DNA of 64,000 nt from Planctomycetota bacterium (GTDB lineage Bacteria > Planctomycetota > UBA8108 > SXIK01), in NCBI GenBank assembly GCA_965223265.1, contig OZ244999.1:8640001-8704000 (forward strand), given 5' to 3'. Positions 19,903 through 30,686 of the stretch are shown piece by piece (position 1 is the stretch's first letter; every line of letters begins with the position of its first letter). A model generated the notes under the pieces. The model worked only from the letters and a program-made list of their open reading frames with translations. It was not told where the DNA came from and did no database searches. A program made the translations under genes and the position numbers.

Positions 19903-22731
19903 CTACTCTTTTCGCTCGCGTTCCAAAACCGCCTTCGCACGCAGGCCATGTTCCTCGAAGGTGAGCCCGAAATCTCCCTGGCGATAGTTGCGGAGCGGCC
20001 ACGGCATGTTCATCGCTCGCTTCGGTTCTCCGGGGTGACCGAATACCGTTGACTCCATGGTGTGGTACTGCGCGTTCCAGCGATACGTTCCCCCGACGGG
20101 ACAGACGAGATGCACTCCCCAGAGTCGCGCGTGAAGCTCCACGGGGTCTTCGTTCGGGTAGAGGCGTTTCCATTCGTTGAGAATCGGCAAGCTCGACCAC
20201 GCCCGTTGCTGCAGTGTGACTTGATAGGAATCGAAAGAGAGCACTTCGATCACCTGTGCGGCACGTTGGCTGGCGCGAAGCGCGATGTTGTCGCCGAGCC
20301 AAGGGTGTTGCTCGTCGTTCTCGCTTTTCTGACCCTCCGCTGCTGCCGTATTCTCCGATGACTTCGACGCCCGCTTGAGAGCACGCTCGAGGACGGGCTT
20401 GTTCAGCGTTACGGTCAAGGCACCCGATGCGATCGCATAGTAGATGGCTATGTTCTCGAACTCCTCGGACACGTCGGAGGTCGATGCCGCCGAGATTCTG
20501 ACGTATGTGTGACCGTCCGACTCAAAGTTTTCCCAGGAGAGCATCCCTGGCGCGGTCTGCTCCAGGAACGCTCGCACGGCTGCCAGGAATCCCGCCGCAC
20601 CGAGCGGGTCCGCGACGTCGACGCGGAGTGCCAGTGGCATGCGGTGGTAGTTCCTTTGCAAGTACTCCTGTCGATCGACCCGTTGGTCGAGCAACCGGGC
20701 TTCCTCCCAGATCGGATCGTCGTCGACGTAAATCGCCAGCGACGCGCCGATCCAGCCGAGCGGATTGGGCTTGACGATCCCGGGTGCCATGTTGAGCGCG
20801 AGTTCCCCGAACTGACGCACCGGCTGGGAGTCTCGATCGATGCCCATCACGACGTGAAAGAGTGACCCCGGATGTGGATCGCCGGCATGCGGTGGGATTT
20901 TGGCGCCGCGCGTCAGTTTGATGAGCTCGTCGTAGTCGCTCGAGGCGATCAGGGGCATGACGGTCACGTCGGCCGCTAAGCGGTCGTCACGCACTGTCAG
21001 GCGCACTGCAATGGGGTCGAAATAGCGCCTCCAATAGAGCTGATAGTCGTTTCGCCAACTCTCATACGCTTCCTTCTCGGACCGCGTCACTGAGTCAAGC
21101 TTAAGCTCAGAGATCGGCGTGAGGAAATCGAGCGAGCCGTAGGTCGAAGAGCGCACGCCGTCTCCTGAAAGCTCAAGTGTGCCGAGCTCGGGAAGAGCGA
21201 ATTTCGTCTGCAGCGGTCCGGCTTTGACATTTCGTCGCGCGAGCGCACCCATGTTGGCCGCTTGGAGATCGCTCATGATCGCTGCGGCGCGTGTCCGTCG
21301 AGAGTCGCCGATCCGCCATCGGGGCCCACACCAGCGCCGGATTGTCGCGTCGCTTAGCATGAGCAGTGCGGTCTCGTCCTGATCGTCGAGTGGGTAGCGA
21401 TCGCGAAAGAACTTGAACTCGGGCAGCTCGGAGAGCGTGGGAGACATCTTGCGCGATGCTTTGACGATGCGTTCGAGCTGGACGCGCGAATTCGTCACCA
21501 CGACGACGTTTTCGATCGCGGCGACGAACGAGGACACGTTCCGCTGCGGAGTCACGACGGCGCGGTACTTTACGCCGGACACTTCGCCGGTCTCCACTTT
21601 GGCGTTCGGTGTCGACTCGAGAGACGCGTTGTGCTTGGCGCCAAGATAAGTCACTAGCACATCCGGCTGCTTGGCCTCGAACAGCACCGCCACATCGCTC
21701 CCGAGTCTGAGATAGGGATCAGAGCCGGTCATCGCGACGCTGGAGATGACCCGTGGTCCCAGAAGACGTGCTATCGCGTTCACGGTTAGGCAGAGCTGTG
21801 TTTCGTACCGCTCCTTGGTTCTCGTGTCCTCGGCGCGGGGCTCCAGCAGATCGACAACCGGCCGCCCGGTGCGATCGGCTTCATCGAGAACGCTGGTCAT
21901 CGATCGGAAATCACGAAAGAAAATCGCGTGCTGATCGGCAGGGATACTTGCGCTAAGCGCATCGAGTTTTGGGTCCAAATCCTCTACGAGCGGCTTCCAG
22001 TCAAGCTCGGCGATCGTGATTCCTGAGATCGAATCGACGTCGACGACGTTCTCCATGTCCCCATCCGCTGGCGGCAGCGCGCGGTCGAGCTGCAGATTCT
22101 CGCTGATCGCGCGGCCACCCGTGAACAGGAGGAAGGTATCTTCCAGTTCGCTGGGGCGCTCGCGGAATCGCTCCTCTTCGTCTCGCGGCTTGGCAGCTTC
22201 GCCCTGCGCTACCCTCGCCTCGCTCGCCTGGTGTCGAAACCAGGCAGCGCCGGGAAGATCGCGGGCTAGTAGGTTCTCGTAGGCCTTTTCCTTGGCCGCG
22301 TAGAACGCCGCGCGCGAAGCTGATGAGGCAGCGTCCGCGCCCACTCTGAAGCGGAAGCCATCCATACCGATCAGGTCGTCGTTCGCGAGATAGAGAGTCC
22401 CCGTGACTTCTCGCGTTGCCTCGACACGAATGGCAAGGTTGGCTTCGGCGTACTCGTTGTTGCTCGACCACAGCCCCCAATCAATATCGACGAAGGCTTC
22501 ACCTTCGCCGTCGAGGACGGCGTACGGGCGCATCGCGAGACGGCGACGCCAGCGCGTCCAGCCTCCGTCTGATCCAGCCGGCAGTTTTCCGTCTGTCACC
22601 TGCAAGTCGCTGAGCTTGACGATGAAGTAGGCGTTCTCTTGCGGGGCGGCACCGACACGGCTTGCCACGAGCTGCAGGGCGAGCGTAATTACGATGGCGA
22701 CTGTGAACTTCAATGCCGAGGTCCTCTGCAT
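19903..22731 (-). CDS. Large exported hypothetical protein (942 aa)
   Basis: Long ORF with a signal peptide and GGAGG SD; C-terminal CPVGGTY motif; no family recognised. Confidence 0.75.
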   Translation of the reverse strand: MQRTSALKFTVAIVITLALQLVASRVGAAPQENAYFIVKLSDLQVTDGKLPAGSDGGWTRWRRRLAMRPYAVLDGEGEAFVDIDWGLWSSNNEYAEANLAIRVEATREVTGTLYLANDDLIGMDGFRFRVGADAASSASRAAFYAAKEKAYENLLARDLPGAAWFRHQASEARVAQGEAAKPRDEEERFRERPSELEDTFLLFTGGRAISENLQLDRALPPADGDMENVVDVDSISGITIAELDWKPLVEDLDPKLDALSASIPADQHAIFFRDFRSMTSVLDEADRTGRPVVDLLEPRAEDTRTKERYETQLCLTVNAIARLLGPRVISSVAMTGSDPYLRLGSDVAVLFEAKQPDVLVTYLGAKHNASLESTPNAKVETGEVSGVKYRAVVTPQRNVSSFVAAIENVVVVTNSRVQLERIVKASRKMSPTLSELPEFKFFRDRYPLDDQDETALLMLSDATIRRWCGPRWRIGDSRRTRAAAIMSDLQAANMGALARRNVKAGPLQTKFALPELGTLELSGDGVRSSTYGSLDFLTPISELKLDSVTRSEKEAYESWRNDYQLYWRRYFDPIAVRLTVRDDRLAADVTVMPLIASSDYDELIKLTRGAKIPPHAGDPHPGSLFHVVMGIDRDSQPVRQFGELALNMAPGIVKPNPLGWIGASLAIYVDDDPIWEEARLLDQRVDRQEYLQRNYHRMPLALRVDVADPLGAAGFLAAVRAFLEQTAPGMLSWENFESDGHTYVRISAASTSDVSEEFENIAIYYAIASGALTVTLNKPVLERALKRASKSSENTAAAEGQKSENDEQHPWLGDNIALRASQRAAQVIEVLSFDSYQVTLQQRAWSSLPILNEWKRLYPNEDPVELHARLWGVHLVCPVGGTYRWNAQYHTMESTVFGHPGEPKRAMNMPWPLRNYRQGDFGLTFEEHGLRAKAVLERERKE

Positions 22732-22887
22732 GGTCCCGCCTCCTGGTATGGTTTGTCGACTGCGTGCTGCGACACCGAGGATGACAACTTCTCACGATGT
22801 GCTCCCTTCGCAGACTCGTTCAGCGCCCGACGAAGGTTTTCCAGTCGTCGGCCGACCGCTTGCGGATTCTGTGAGGAAAGGGGTGCT

Positions 22888-24015
22888 TCAGCGCTTGAGT
22901 CCGAGCCCGAGGACTTCCTTTGAGTAGCGGACGCTCTTCTCGAGCTCACTCTTTTGGAACGCCTGCACGGCTGCCTCGCGACCCGCTCCTTCGGGCGGGC
23001 GGAAAGCCTCGACTTCGTGACCTCGCTTCGCGAGCGCTAGAAACGCAGCGAATTCAGGCGCCCGAACTTGGGAGTAGGGACCCCAGAAGTCCGGTTTCAA
23101 GTAAGGAAAGTCTCGAGCTCCTCCCGAGATGATTTCCAAGATTACTGGCGTCTGCGGACACAGCTCAGCGAACAGATCCATGTACCTTTCGAAATCTACG
23201 CAGCCTTCGCCCAAGGCTGTCCACTGAACGCGCACGCCCTCGTCGTACTCCCATACCATCGAGTCGCGAATGCCGCTCGAGATTGCGTACGGCCCAAGAA
23301 TTTTGAGATTCTCGACGGGATCTTCTAACGTCCAGGTCGCGTTACCTGAGTCGATTGTAGCGCCAACCGTGGCCGGACCACCTTCCTCGATGAGCGCGAC
23401 GAGCTCCCAGGCCTGCATATCACCCGCGTGGTTTTCGATGGCGAGCTTGACGCCGGCATTCAGCGCATCGCTACGCACGCGTCGGCATACTTCGGCGGTG
23501 CTGCGAATGTGACGAAAGATTCCACCCTCTCCCAGACGCTCGTTGCGTCCGCCCAAAAAACAGCGGATGACTGGCGAACCGAGCTCCTTGGCGACGCGAA
23601 TCGCAAGCCGCAGATGTTCCTCCGGGCTGCCGTAGTCCTTGATGACGCGCGGCGTCGTTGGGCAGATGCCGCCCGTGCCGACGTGAATTTCGATTCCTAG
23701 ATCGTCCGCCTTCGACTTGAGCCTGCGGAGATAGCTCTTCTCGTGAGACTCGTAAACCTTAAGGTCGGAGAAAAGCACGACGTCGAGCGACAGTTCCGCC
23801 GCGTAGTCGAGCAAACGTTCCGCTTTCCAGTTCAAGGCGCGCACCGCGAAGTTGTCGAACCCGAGTTTGAGACGGCGTTTCTTCTTCGCCGGCGCGAGCG
23901 CCAGAGCGGACGAGGGACTCTGCAGGGCGGCCAAGCCGGCGAGACCCGCAGTTGCAGTGATCTGAGCGAGAAAGTCGCGGCGATCGAGGGCGTGGAATCG
24001 TCTATGTTCGTTCAT
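22888..24015 (-). CDS. Tat-exported sugar phosphate isomerase/epimerase (TIM barrel, xylose-isomerase-like)
   Basis: DRRDFL Tat motif; [28 protein letters not shown]. Start set to ATG 24015. Confidence 0.85.
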   Translation of the reverse strand: MNEHRRFHALDRRDFLAQITATAGLAGLAALQSPSSALALAPAKKKRRLKLGFDNFAVRALNWKAERLLDYAAELSLDVVLFSDLKVYESHEKSYLRRLKSKADDLGIEIHVGTGGICPTTPRVIKDYGSPEEHLRLAIRVAKELGSPVIRCFLGGRNERLGEGGIFRHIRSTAEVCRRVRSDALNAGVKLAIENHAGDMQAWELVALIEEGGPATVGATIDSGNATWTLEDPVENLKILGPYAISSGIRDSMVWEYDEGVRVQWTALGEGCVDFERYMDLFAELCPQTPVILEIISGGARDFPYLKPDFWGPYSQVRAPEFAAFLALAKRGHEVEAFRPPEGAGREAAVQAFQKSELEKSVRYSKEVLGLGLKR

Positions 24016-24198
24016 GAGTTTGCGGCTTGAGAAGCGACGGTTGGATCGATTGACGTTGCCGTAGAGTGTAACCCAAAACACACAGAGAAGCGCACACCGA
24101 AACGAATCGGGTCTCCGCCTGACATGCGATTGTGTTACCGTTGTGCTGCCTATTCTCAGAGCGGCGCTCTTCGAAAACGTTTTCTCGGGAGTTAAGCG

Positions 24199-24690
24199 TT
24201 GATCCAGTTGACTGTAGCCGACGTTGATCTACTGCCTCTCTACTTGCGACGCACGATTCCACCCGAGTACCTCGACGAATTCGGGCATATGAATGTGCGT
24301 TGGTACGTCTCGATCTGCTCCGACGCTGTCAAAGAGATGTTTTCGTCGTTCGGCATGACGCCGGAGTACTTCAGCGACGGGACACGCGGCAGCTTCGCTC
24401 TCAAGCAGTACATTCACTATCTGGCGGAGGTTCGCGTTGGTGAGACGATCGAAGTGCGCACTCGCGTGATCGGCCGAACCGAGAAACGCATCCATTTCAT
24501 GCACTTCATCCTCAATCGAACAAACGATAAGATCGCAGCGACGATGGAAGTGCTGGCGGCGCATGCTGACCTCACGGTCCGCCGTACGTCGCCGTTTCCG
24601 GAGGCGATCGCTCGCGGAATCGACGCAGCGTTGACGGCGCACTCGGGACTTTCGTGGGAGCCACCGGTTTCTGGGGTGATCAAAGCGTAG
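24199..24690 (+). CDS. Hot-dog fold thioesterase (4HBT-like)
   Basis: [31 protein letters not shown]. Confidence 0.85.
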   Translation: MIQLTVADVDLLPLYLRRTIPPEYLDEFGHMNVRWYVSICSDAVKEMFSSFGMTPEYFSDGTRGSFALKQYIHYLAEVRVGETIEVRTRVIGRTEKRIHFMHFILNRTNDKIAATMEVLAAHADLTVRRTSPFPEAIARGIDAALTAHSGLSWEPPVSGVIKA

Positions 24691-24720
24691 AGGGCGGGAG
24701 GCGGAGGCAGAGGCGGAGGC
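24691..24720. repeat. Short GGC(A/G)GA hexamer tract
   Basis: AGGGCGGGAGGCGGAGGCAGAGGCGGAGGC directly after the thioesterase stop codon; same unit as 38847-38942. Confidence 0.7.
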
Positions 24721-24965
24721 CCGCACGTCCACCGGTGCCGCGATCGAGCCGAACGTAGCGAAGAGCTCTGCTGCCCCGGGCGTGCGTGCGGCGGTGGTTG
24801 TGTCGATCTTAACCGCAGCAGAGCCGGCCTCAAGGGTGCCCTCGCTGCGCTCGGGGCTTCGCGCCCTTGACCCCGCCGCAGGCGATGCTTTGGAAGCTGA
24901 CGCGCTGACGTAGGAGCTTTGGCCCGCCGCGCACTACTTGGCGCGGCGGGTTTGACGGGGAGGAA

Positions 24966-25118
24966 GATACAGATACGGAACCGAGGTACGGAGTCGGACG
25001 CAGATACAGATACGGAGATACGGAGTGCCGGCACGCCGACGCCCACTCCCACGCCCACGCCCACGCCCACGCAAACGCCCCCTCCCACTCCCCCTCCCAC
25101 GCAAACGCAAACGCAAAC
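24966..25118. repeat. Two-part hexamer repeat element 1
   Basis: Degenerate NNC(A/G)GA periodic tract, junction GAGTGC (25023-25028), then 15 C-rich hexamers (GCCCAC/TCCCAC/GCAAAC variants, 25029-25118). Confidence 0.85.
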
Positions 25119-25172
25119 GCGCGCCGGGTCGGCAGCGGCCATCGAATCAGACCGCGGCCGCACTATCGGACC

Positions 25173-26885
25173 GTGACCTTCGCGTTGCGGCGTTCCTCCC
25201 TGCCGTGCCGCCGCGCGAATGTCGATACAAAGGCACACGTCGCCCTCGCCATTGGTACCGATATCGTGCCGCTATCTCACTCCACCACGATCACCTCGCC
25301 GCCGCGCCAGGTCGCGGCAGACGATTCGGCTGTGCCGTCGCCCGCGGCCACTTCGCTGCGGCCGCTCGCGGCGGTCGTGGCCGTCGCTGCCGTGGTGACG
25401 TTTCCGACCCTGGGTTTCGATTTTGTCCTCTATGACGATGACTATCTGGTCTACCGCAATTCGGCCATTCGTGATCTCGGCAACATCGCGAGCTTCTTCG
25501 ATCCGTGGGCCGACAGGGAGCAGATGGGCTCAGAGTATCTGCCGCTGACGACGCTCAGCTTCGCGATCGACTACGCCCTGTTCGGTCTCGACCCCCGCGG
25601 ATTTCACGCCACTAACGCGGTTCTCTACATCCTGCTGTGCTCGGCCGTATACCTGCTTCTGCGTCAACTCGGTGTGCGGCCGTGGGGCGCCGCCATCGGT
25701 GCCGCGCTCTTCGCTGTCCACCCGCTGCACACGGAGAACTTCGCCTGGATCGCCGAGCGCAAAGGACTCCTGAGTGGGGTGTTCGCGCTATTTGCGGTGT
25801 CGAGCTACATCGCGTTTCGTCGTCGTGGGGACGGCGTACGTTGGCTCTGCCTTTCGATCCTTTGTTACCTCGGCGCGTTTCTTTCCAAGTATACGGCTGC
25901 CTCTTTGCCGGCAGTCCTTCTTGCTTACGAAGTGCTCTTCGTGCGCGGCGACGGCAGCGCGCGCCGATGGGCTCGCGTCGGTGTTACTTTGCTGCCGTTT
26001 GCCGTCATTGGTGCGGCGCTGACCTGGCTCGTGATCGGAATCGGCCACGCGCACGCCATCGTCAAAACTCATGACAGTCCACTTGTCAGCGCCGCCCAGA
26101 ACGATCCGATCATCCTCCTTCACTACGTCCGCCTCCTTTTCCTACCTTTACACCAATGCGCCTTCTACCTTTGGCCAACACGCACCGGCTGGGAGGCGGC
26201 GGCGTTCTTCGGCTATGGCGTCGTTGCCGTCATGTTGGCGCTTGCCTGGAAGAGCCGCCTTCGAGCTCCACTCTTGGCCTTCGCAATTGCCTGGTTCCTC
26301 GCGTTTCTTCTGCCGGTTTTGAACGTCGTTCCGAAAGGACTCCATCTGGCCGAGCGCTACCTTCTGTTGCCGTCTGTCGCGTTGTCGCTGCTGGCAGCAG
26401 TGGCGAGTGAGGCTTGGGCTCCCTTGTGGAGCGGTCGTCCGCGTCTTCGACGCACCGCGCTTGCGCTGGCCGTCCTCGCCTTGGTCACCCTCGGGAGCCT
26501 TTCCTTGTCACGTGGAGAAGTGTGGCGTGACTCGTTTCGTCTCTGGAATGAAACGCTGGCACACCCTATGGCAAACCCAGCCGCTTACAACCAATTGGGA
26601 CTCGCACAACTCACCCAGGCCTCCGATCCTCACCGTGCCGCCGATGTGTTCGAGCTCGGCCTTACCGACATGCAGCGACGTGGGACGCCGTCCTCGCCGC
26701 TGGCCCTCGAGCTCAGGTTTCATCTGATCTTGAGCTACCTCGAGTCTGCTCGAGTCGACGAGGCGCGACGAGAATGGGAGCTTTTGCAAAGAATCTCACG
26801 CGAGAGTGCCGAAAAAATGGACGCACGCATCGCCGGCTGGCGCCGCGATCTCGAGCAGCACTATCCCCAGCTCTTTTCGCGGTGA
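25173..26885 (+). CDS. TMTC-like GT-C membrane glycosyltransferase with a C-terminal helical/TPR-like tail (start uncertain)
   Basis: FVLYDDDYLVYRN, YLPLTTLSFAIDY, FHATN, FAVHPLHTENFAWIAERKGLL, AERYLLLPS, WRDSFRLW; many TM segments. Confidence 0.8.
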   Translation: MTFALRRSSLPCRRANVDTKAHVALAIGTDIVPLSHSTTITSPPRQVAADDSAVPSPAATSLRPLAAVVAVAAVVTFPTLGFDFVLYDDDYLVYRNSAIRDLGNIASFFDPWADREQMGSEYLPLTTLSFAIDYALFGLDPRGFHATNAVLYILLCSAVYLLLRQLGVRPWGAAIGAALFAVHPLHTENFAWIAERKGLLSGVFALFAVSSYIAFRRRGDGVRWLCLSILCYLGAFLSKYTAASLPAVLLAYEVLFVRGDGSARRWARVGVTLLPFAVIGAALTWLVIGIGHAHAIVKTHDSPLVSAAQNDPIILLHYVRLLFLPLHQCAFYLWPTRTGWEAAAFFGYGVVAVMLALAWKSRLRAPLLAFAIAWFLAFLLPVLNVVPKGLHLAERYLLLPSVALSLLAAVASEAWAPLWSGRPRLRRTALALAVLALVTLGSLSLSRGEVWRDSFRLWNETLAHPMANPAAYNQLGLAQLTQASDPHRAADVFELGLTDMQRRGTPSSPLALELRFHLILSYLESARVDEARREWELLQRISRESAEKMDARIAGWRRDLEQHYPQLFSR

Positions 26886-26918
26886 CGGCGTTTCGTTACT
26901 GCTTCACGATTTCAAACC

Positions 26919-27806
26919 ATGTCGACACAGCCATCAACCAACACCCGCGTTCACCTTGTCCTTCCGGCGTTCAACGAAGAGGACGCACTACCGCCGCTTC
27001 TTGGCCGCGTTGCCCGAGTCCGTCAAGCGCTTGGCATAGACATCTCGGTCGTCGTTGTTGACGACGGCAGTTCGGATCAGACGAGTGCCGTCGCCCAGGT
27101 TTGGAGTCGACGCCTCCCTCTAGTGATCGAGCGCCATCCGGAGAACCTCGGGTTAGGTCAGACCGTCCGCGATGGATTGCTCAAGGCCATGGAGTGTAGT
27201 TCTGCGGACGACGTGATCGTTGTCATGGATGCCGACAACACGCACGCTCCGGAGCTGGTCGACACGATGCTAGCGGCGATCACCGACGGCAGCGATGTCG
27301 TCATCGCCTCCCGCTACCAGACCGGAAGTCGGGTGCGTGGCCTCAGCCGGTTCCGACTGATCTTGAGTCACTCCGCTTCCTATGTGTTTCGCGCTTTCTT
27401 GCCGCTTGAAGGCGTGCGTGACTACACCTGCGGCTTTCGTGCCTACCGATGCACTCTTTTGCAGAGAATGGCGACGACGGCGGGCTCCGACTTCTGTTCT
27501 CGTGCGGGTTTCGAGTGCATGGTTGATCTACTACTCGCCGCGGCAGAGGAAGGTGCACGCTTCAGCGAGGTGCCACTTGACCTGCGCTACGACGAGAAGC
27601 GCGGCGTGAGCAAGATGAGGATAGGTCGAACGATCATGAGCACACTTTTTCTCTTGTGGCGTTGGCGTCGTCGTCGTCAGCGCGCCCTCAAGATCAGCGC
27701 CGTCGACCGAGTCATGGCCGCCGCTGCCGCGGGTGACCGCGTGCCGGAGCGACGGCAGCAGCCCATCTCGTCTGTGCCCCAGCGTCAGCGCGAAGTCAGC
27801 GTCTGA
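26919..27806 (+). CDS. GT2 glycosyltransferase (DPM1-like polyprenol-phosphate glycosyltransferase)
   Basis: LPAFNEE, VVDDGSSDQT, HPENLGLG, MDADNTH, DVVIASRY, RDYTCGFRAY, SKM. Confidence 0.88.
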   Translation: MSTQPSTNTRVHLVLPAFNEEDALPPLLGRVARVRQALGIDISVVVVDDGSSDQTSAVAQVWSRRLPLVIERHPENLGLGQTVRDGLLKAMECSSADDVIVVMDADNTHAPELVDTMLAAITDGSDVVIASRYQTGSRVRGLSRFRLILSHSASYVFRAFLPLEGVRDYTCGFRAYRCTLLQRMATTAGSDFCSRAGFECMVDLLLAAAEEGARFSEVPLDLRYDEKRGVSKMRIGRTIMSTLFLLWRWRRRRQRALKISAVDRVMAAAAAGDRVPERRQQPISSVPQRQREVSV

Positions 27807-27926
27807 AGTCGAAACAGCAACAATCGGGCGGCGCGAGGGCGTTCGCTGCACTATAATTCTTCGTCGACCAGTTTTCTCGGTGAGCCTGCCGGTGCGCGCA
27901 GCTCTTACGAAAGTCTAGGTGATCAG

Positions 27927-28544
27927 ATGAAGATGAATACACCGTCGCGATCAAGAATGTTAGGGGCCATCGTTGCTGCCACCATTGCCTGCGCCGGCTG
28001 CGCGGGAGAACACCGCGACGAAGAAGCTGATCGACGCACGACTCATTCGACAACGAACAACGCGCCAGCGGAGGTTACCATGACGTCTAGTTCCGGAGAC
28101 ACAAAGGCTGGTTCTGACGAGTTGAACGCGACACCGAACTCCGAAGCGAAAGTGGAACTCTCCGACGCCGAGTGGAAGAAGCGCCTTTCGCCCGAACAAT
28201 TTCGCATCCTTCGCAAGAAGGGAACCGAGCGCGCGTTCACCGGTGAACACTGGAACAACAAGTCGCCTGGAACGTATCTGTGCGCCGGCTGTGATCAAGA
28301 GCTCTTCAGCTCAGAGGCGAAGTTCGACTCTGGAACGGGTTGGCCGAGTTTCTGGGCGCCGGCAAATGATGCGCACGTCGATACCGAAGAGGACCGGAGC
28401 TTGTTCATGGTGCGCACGGAAGTGCTTTGCAGTCGCTGTGGTGGCCACCTCGGTCACGTCTTTCCTGACGGTCCTGCGCCCACACATCAGCGCTACTGCA
28501 TCAACTCAGCAGCCCTTAAGTTTCAGGACAAAGAGATCGACTAG
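27927..28544 (+). CDS. msrB: Peptide-methionine (R)-S-oxide reductase with a lipoprotein-like signal
   Basis: [48 protein letters not shown]; N-terminal [11 protein letters not shown]. Confidence 0.93.
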   Translation: MKMNTPSRSRMLGAIVAATIACAGCAGEHRDEEADRRTTHSTTNNAPAEVTMTSSSGDTKAGSDELNATPNSEAKVELSDAEWKKRLSPEQFRILRKKGTERAFTGEHWNNKSPGTYLCAGCDQELFSSEAKFDSGTGWPSFWAPANDAHVDTEEDRSLFMVRTEVLCSRCGGHLGHVFPDGPAPTHQRYCINSAALKFQDKEID

Positions 28545-28577
28545 CGAATGCGATGCGCGGCGGACGTCGCCGCAACG

Positions 28578-30458
28578 TCAGCGGACGGGAATGACGTCGT
28601 TTTTGTGCCACGGAAACGCGTAAGTCGGCTGATTGGCGAAGCGAAGCATCTCGATCTCGAGTGTGCCGATCGCGCCGGGATTGAGGCGCACGGAGAGGTG
28701 CTTGGAGTCGACTTTTACATTGGCGTCGTTGTGCTGCACTGACTTGAACTCATGCTCTCCGAAGGCTCCTGCCTGCACGATCACGTCACGCGCATGTGTC
28801 GGGCTGAGATTGACGAGGACGAGTGAGATTCCTTGGGAGTCGATGCGCCGCACGAGCGCAGCGACATCTTCTGGCACACCGGGGCGCCGCCGGATCGGGT
28901 CGAAGTAACGGACCCGGCAGTTGATGAGGCCGCCATGATAGATGTGATTCGGCCCTCCCCACATGAGCTGCACGAGACCTTCGACGACAACAGGATTGCG
29001 CTGCTGCCAGTGGTGAACATCTTGATCGTCGACGTGGGACCGATCGCTGCGGATGACGGCGAGGCGGCGGAGCGTCTCGCGGTACGTCGACTCGAGGATC
29101 GTGACTGGGTAGTCCGGGTTTTGTCCGCGCAGAAAACTCACCCAGCCCCGGTCGTTGCCGGAGTCACCCTTGGCTTTGCTGTAGGCAGCCCGAGGCCACG
29201 AGGCAACGTCGGCGTGTTGCTCGATGCGTCGCCAATCTTCCATGCTTTCCGATGCGTACCAGAGATGTACGAGGTAGGAGGGATTGAGCGTACGGTAGGC
29301 GTACCAACCGTCGTCCTTGTGCTTGTGCGGTACGACGAATTGACCGTTCTCGATTCGGCCCTGTCGCGTCACGACGTCCACCTGTGAGCGTGGCAGATCC
29401 AAAAAACTACGATCGCCGGTGACCAGAAGGCAATTCGTCGCGGCGATTGTCGTCGATTCGAGAATGTTGAAGAAACCGTGTGGCCAGCGCCAACCGTAGT
29501 ACCCGCCCCACCACTTCCCATCCATGTACTCACCGATCTTGCCGCTGAGCCCAACGTTGTCTGGCATGACTCCGCCATTGGACCTGACGCGCGTCATCCA
29601 AGCCTTGGTGTAGTCGAGCACCCATCGCTTGTACTTTTCGTCGCCGGTGTACATGTAGGCGCTTAGCATCATACTCGTCGACGTGAGGTTGAGCGGCACG
29701 TCGCCCCGCATCATGCGGCGATTCATCGTGGCGAGAATGTTGGGAAACTTCTCGTCATCGATCCATGCCGAACTCTCGGTGACATTGGGGATGTCGTCGT
29801 AGGGGAGCGGATAGTTCGCCAGCACGGGCCGGTGCGTCACCCAGTCAACAGCGCTGTTCTCGAAGCGCGGTCCGCGACTACCGTTGATCGGTGAGCGAAT
29901 GAGTTTGAGTTCTGCATCCCAATTGGGTGCGCTTGGATCTTCGCCCATGTAGAGTCCGGCGAAGCGGAGGGCGCGCTCGCGGTCTTTGCGGCGCGTCGGA
30001 TCGGCGAGGCCGAAGTGATAGATGTAGACGTAGCTCTCGCCGTGATGCATCCAGTCGTAGTAGCTGTCGAATTCGTTGTGAACTTGACCGTACTGGGTGA
30101 ACTGCCGTGTCACACCGTCCCAAAGTTTGCGCGACATCTCATGGATTCCATCCGGGCCTCCAAGCGCATAGTAGAGCGGGAAGTTGAAGAAGCTCTCGTA
30201 TCCGTCGTCGGAGCCATCCATCCCCGGCCACTTCTGACGCCAAATGAGTGTGTCGTCGCTGCGTGTGTATCGCGCGACGAATTCCTGCGCTGCGGGATAG
30301 AGCTGCCGCAGAAGGAATCGCTGCCAGTGTGCCCAAGCAGGCGGTGGGGCGACGGTTTCGATCGTGACGTCGGCTTCTCCACTTCGTGGGGCGGCGAATG
30401 AGACGTTAGTGCACGAGATGAAAACTAAGGGCAGTACGCACGCGAGAGTTTTTGCCAC
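28578..30458 (-). CDS. Exported hypothetical protein, aromatic-rich, possibly a helical-barrel carbohydrate enzyme
   Basis: GTG 30458 behind an AGGAG SD; signal peptide; GSDDGYESF, YDWMHHGE, MPDNVG, WWGGYYGWRWPHG, RRRPGVPEDVAALV. Function is inferred only from context. Confidence 0.7.
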   Translation of the reverse strand: MAKTLACVLPLVFISCTNVSFAAPRSGEADVTIETVAPPPAWAHWQRFLLRQLYPAAQEFVARYTRSDDTLIWRQKWPGMDGSDDGYESFFNFPLYYALGGPDGIHEMSRKLWDGVTRQFTQYGQVHNEFDSYYDWMHHGESYVYIYHFGLADPTRRKDRERALRFAGLYMGEDPSAPNWDAELKLIRSPINGSRGPRFENSAVDWVTHRPVLANYPLPYDDIPNVTESSAWIDDEKFPNILATMNRRMMRGDVPLNLTSTSMMLSAYMYTGDEKYKRWVLDYTKAWMTRVRSNGGVMPDNVGLSGKIGEYMDGKWWGGYYGWRWPHGFFNILESTTIAATNCLLVTGDRSFLDLPRSQVDVVTRQGRIENGQFVVPHKHKDDGWYAYRTLNPSYLVHLWYASESMEDWRRIEQHADVASWPRAAYSKAKGDSGNDRGWVSFLRGQNPDYPVTILESTYRETLRRLAVIRSDRSHVDDQDVHHWQQRNPVVVEGLVQLMWGGPNHIYHGGLINCRVRYFDPIRRRPGVPEDVAALVRRIDSQGISLVLVNLSPTHARDVIVQAGAFGEHEFKSVQHNDANVKVDSKHLSVRLNPGAIGTLEIEMLRFANQPTYAFPWHKNDVIPVR

Positions 30459-30686
30459 GATCGTTCTCCTTGGTGGGATGCGAAAGTCCGACCCGGCGGA
30501 CGGTCTGGTCGTTGTTCCGAGCTCAAACCTTCTACGATCAATCGAACAAAAGCAAACGAAGGGGGCTTCAACCGACAGTCTCACCCGGGACGCTGTTGTC
30601 AACGAACCAACAGGCGTCGCACCTTACAATGGTCCACCGCGTTCGGAGAGGTGAGTGAAGAGGCGAATCGCTCGCCGAATTCGACG

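Noticed and set aside
24417-25238. ORFs with (GV)n or (PT)n runs across repeat element 1
   Set aside because: Same repeat artefact, and they overlap the thioesterase and GT-C genes.
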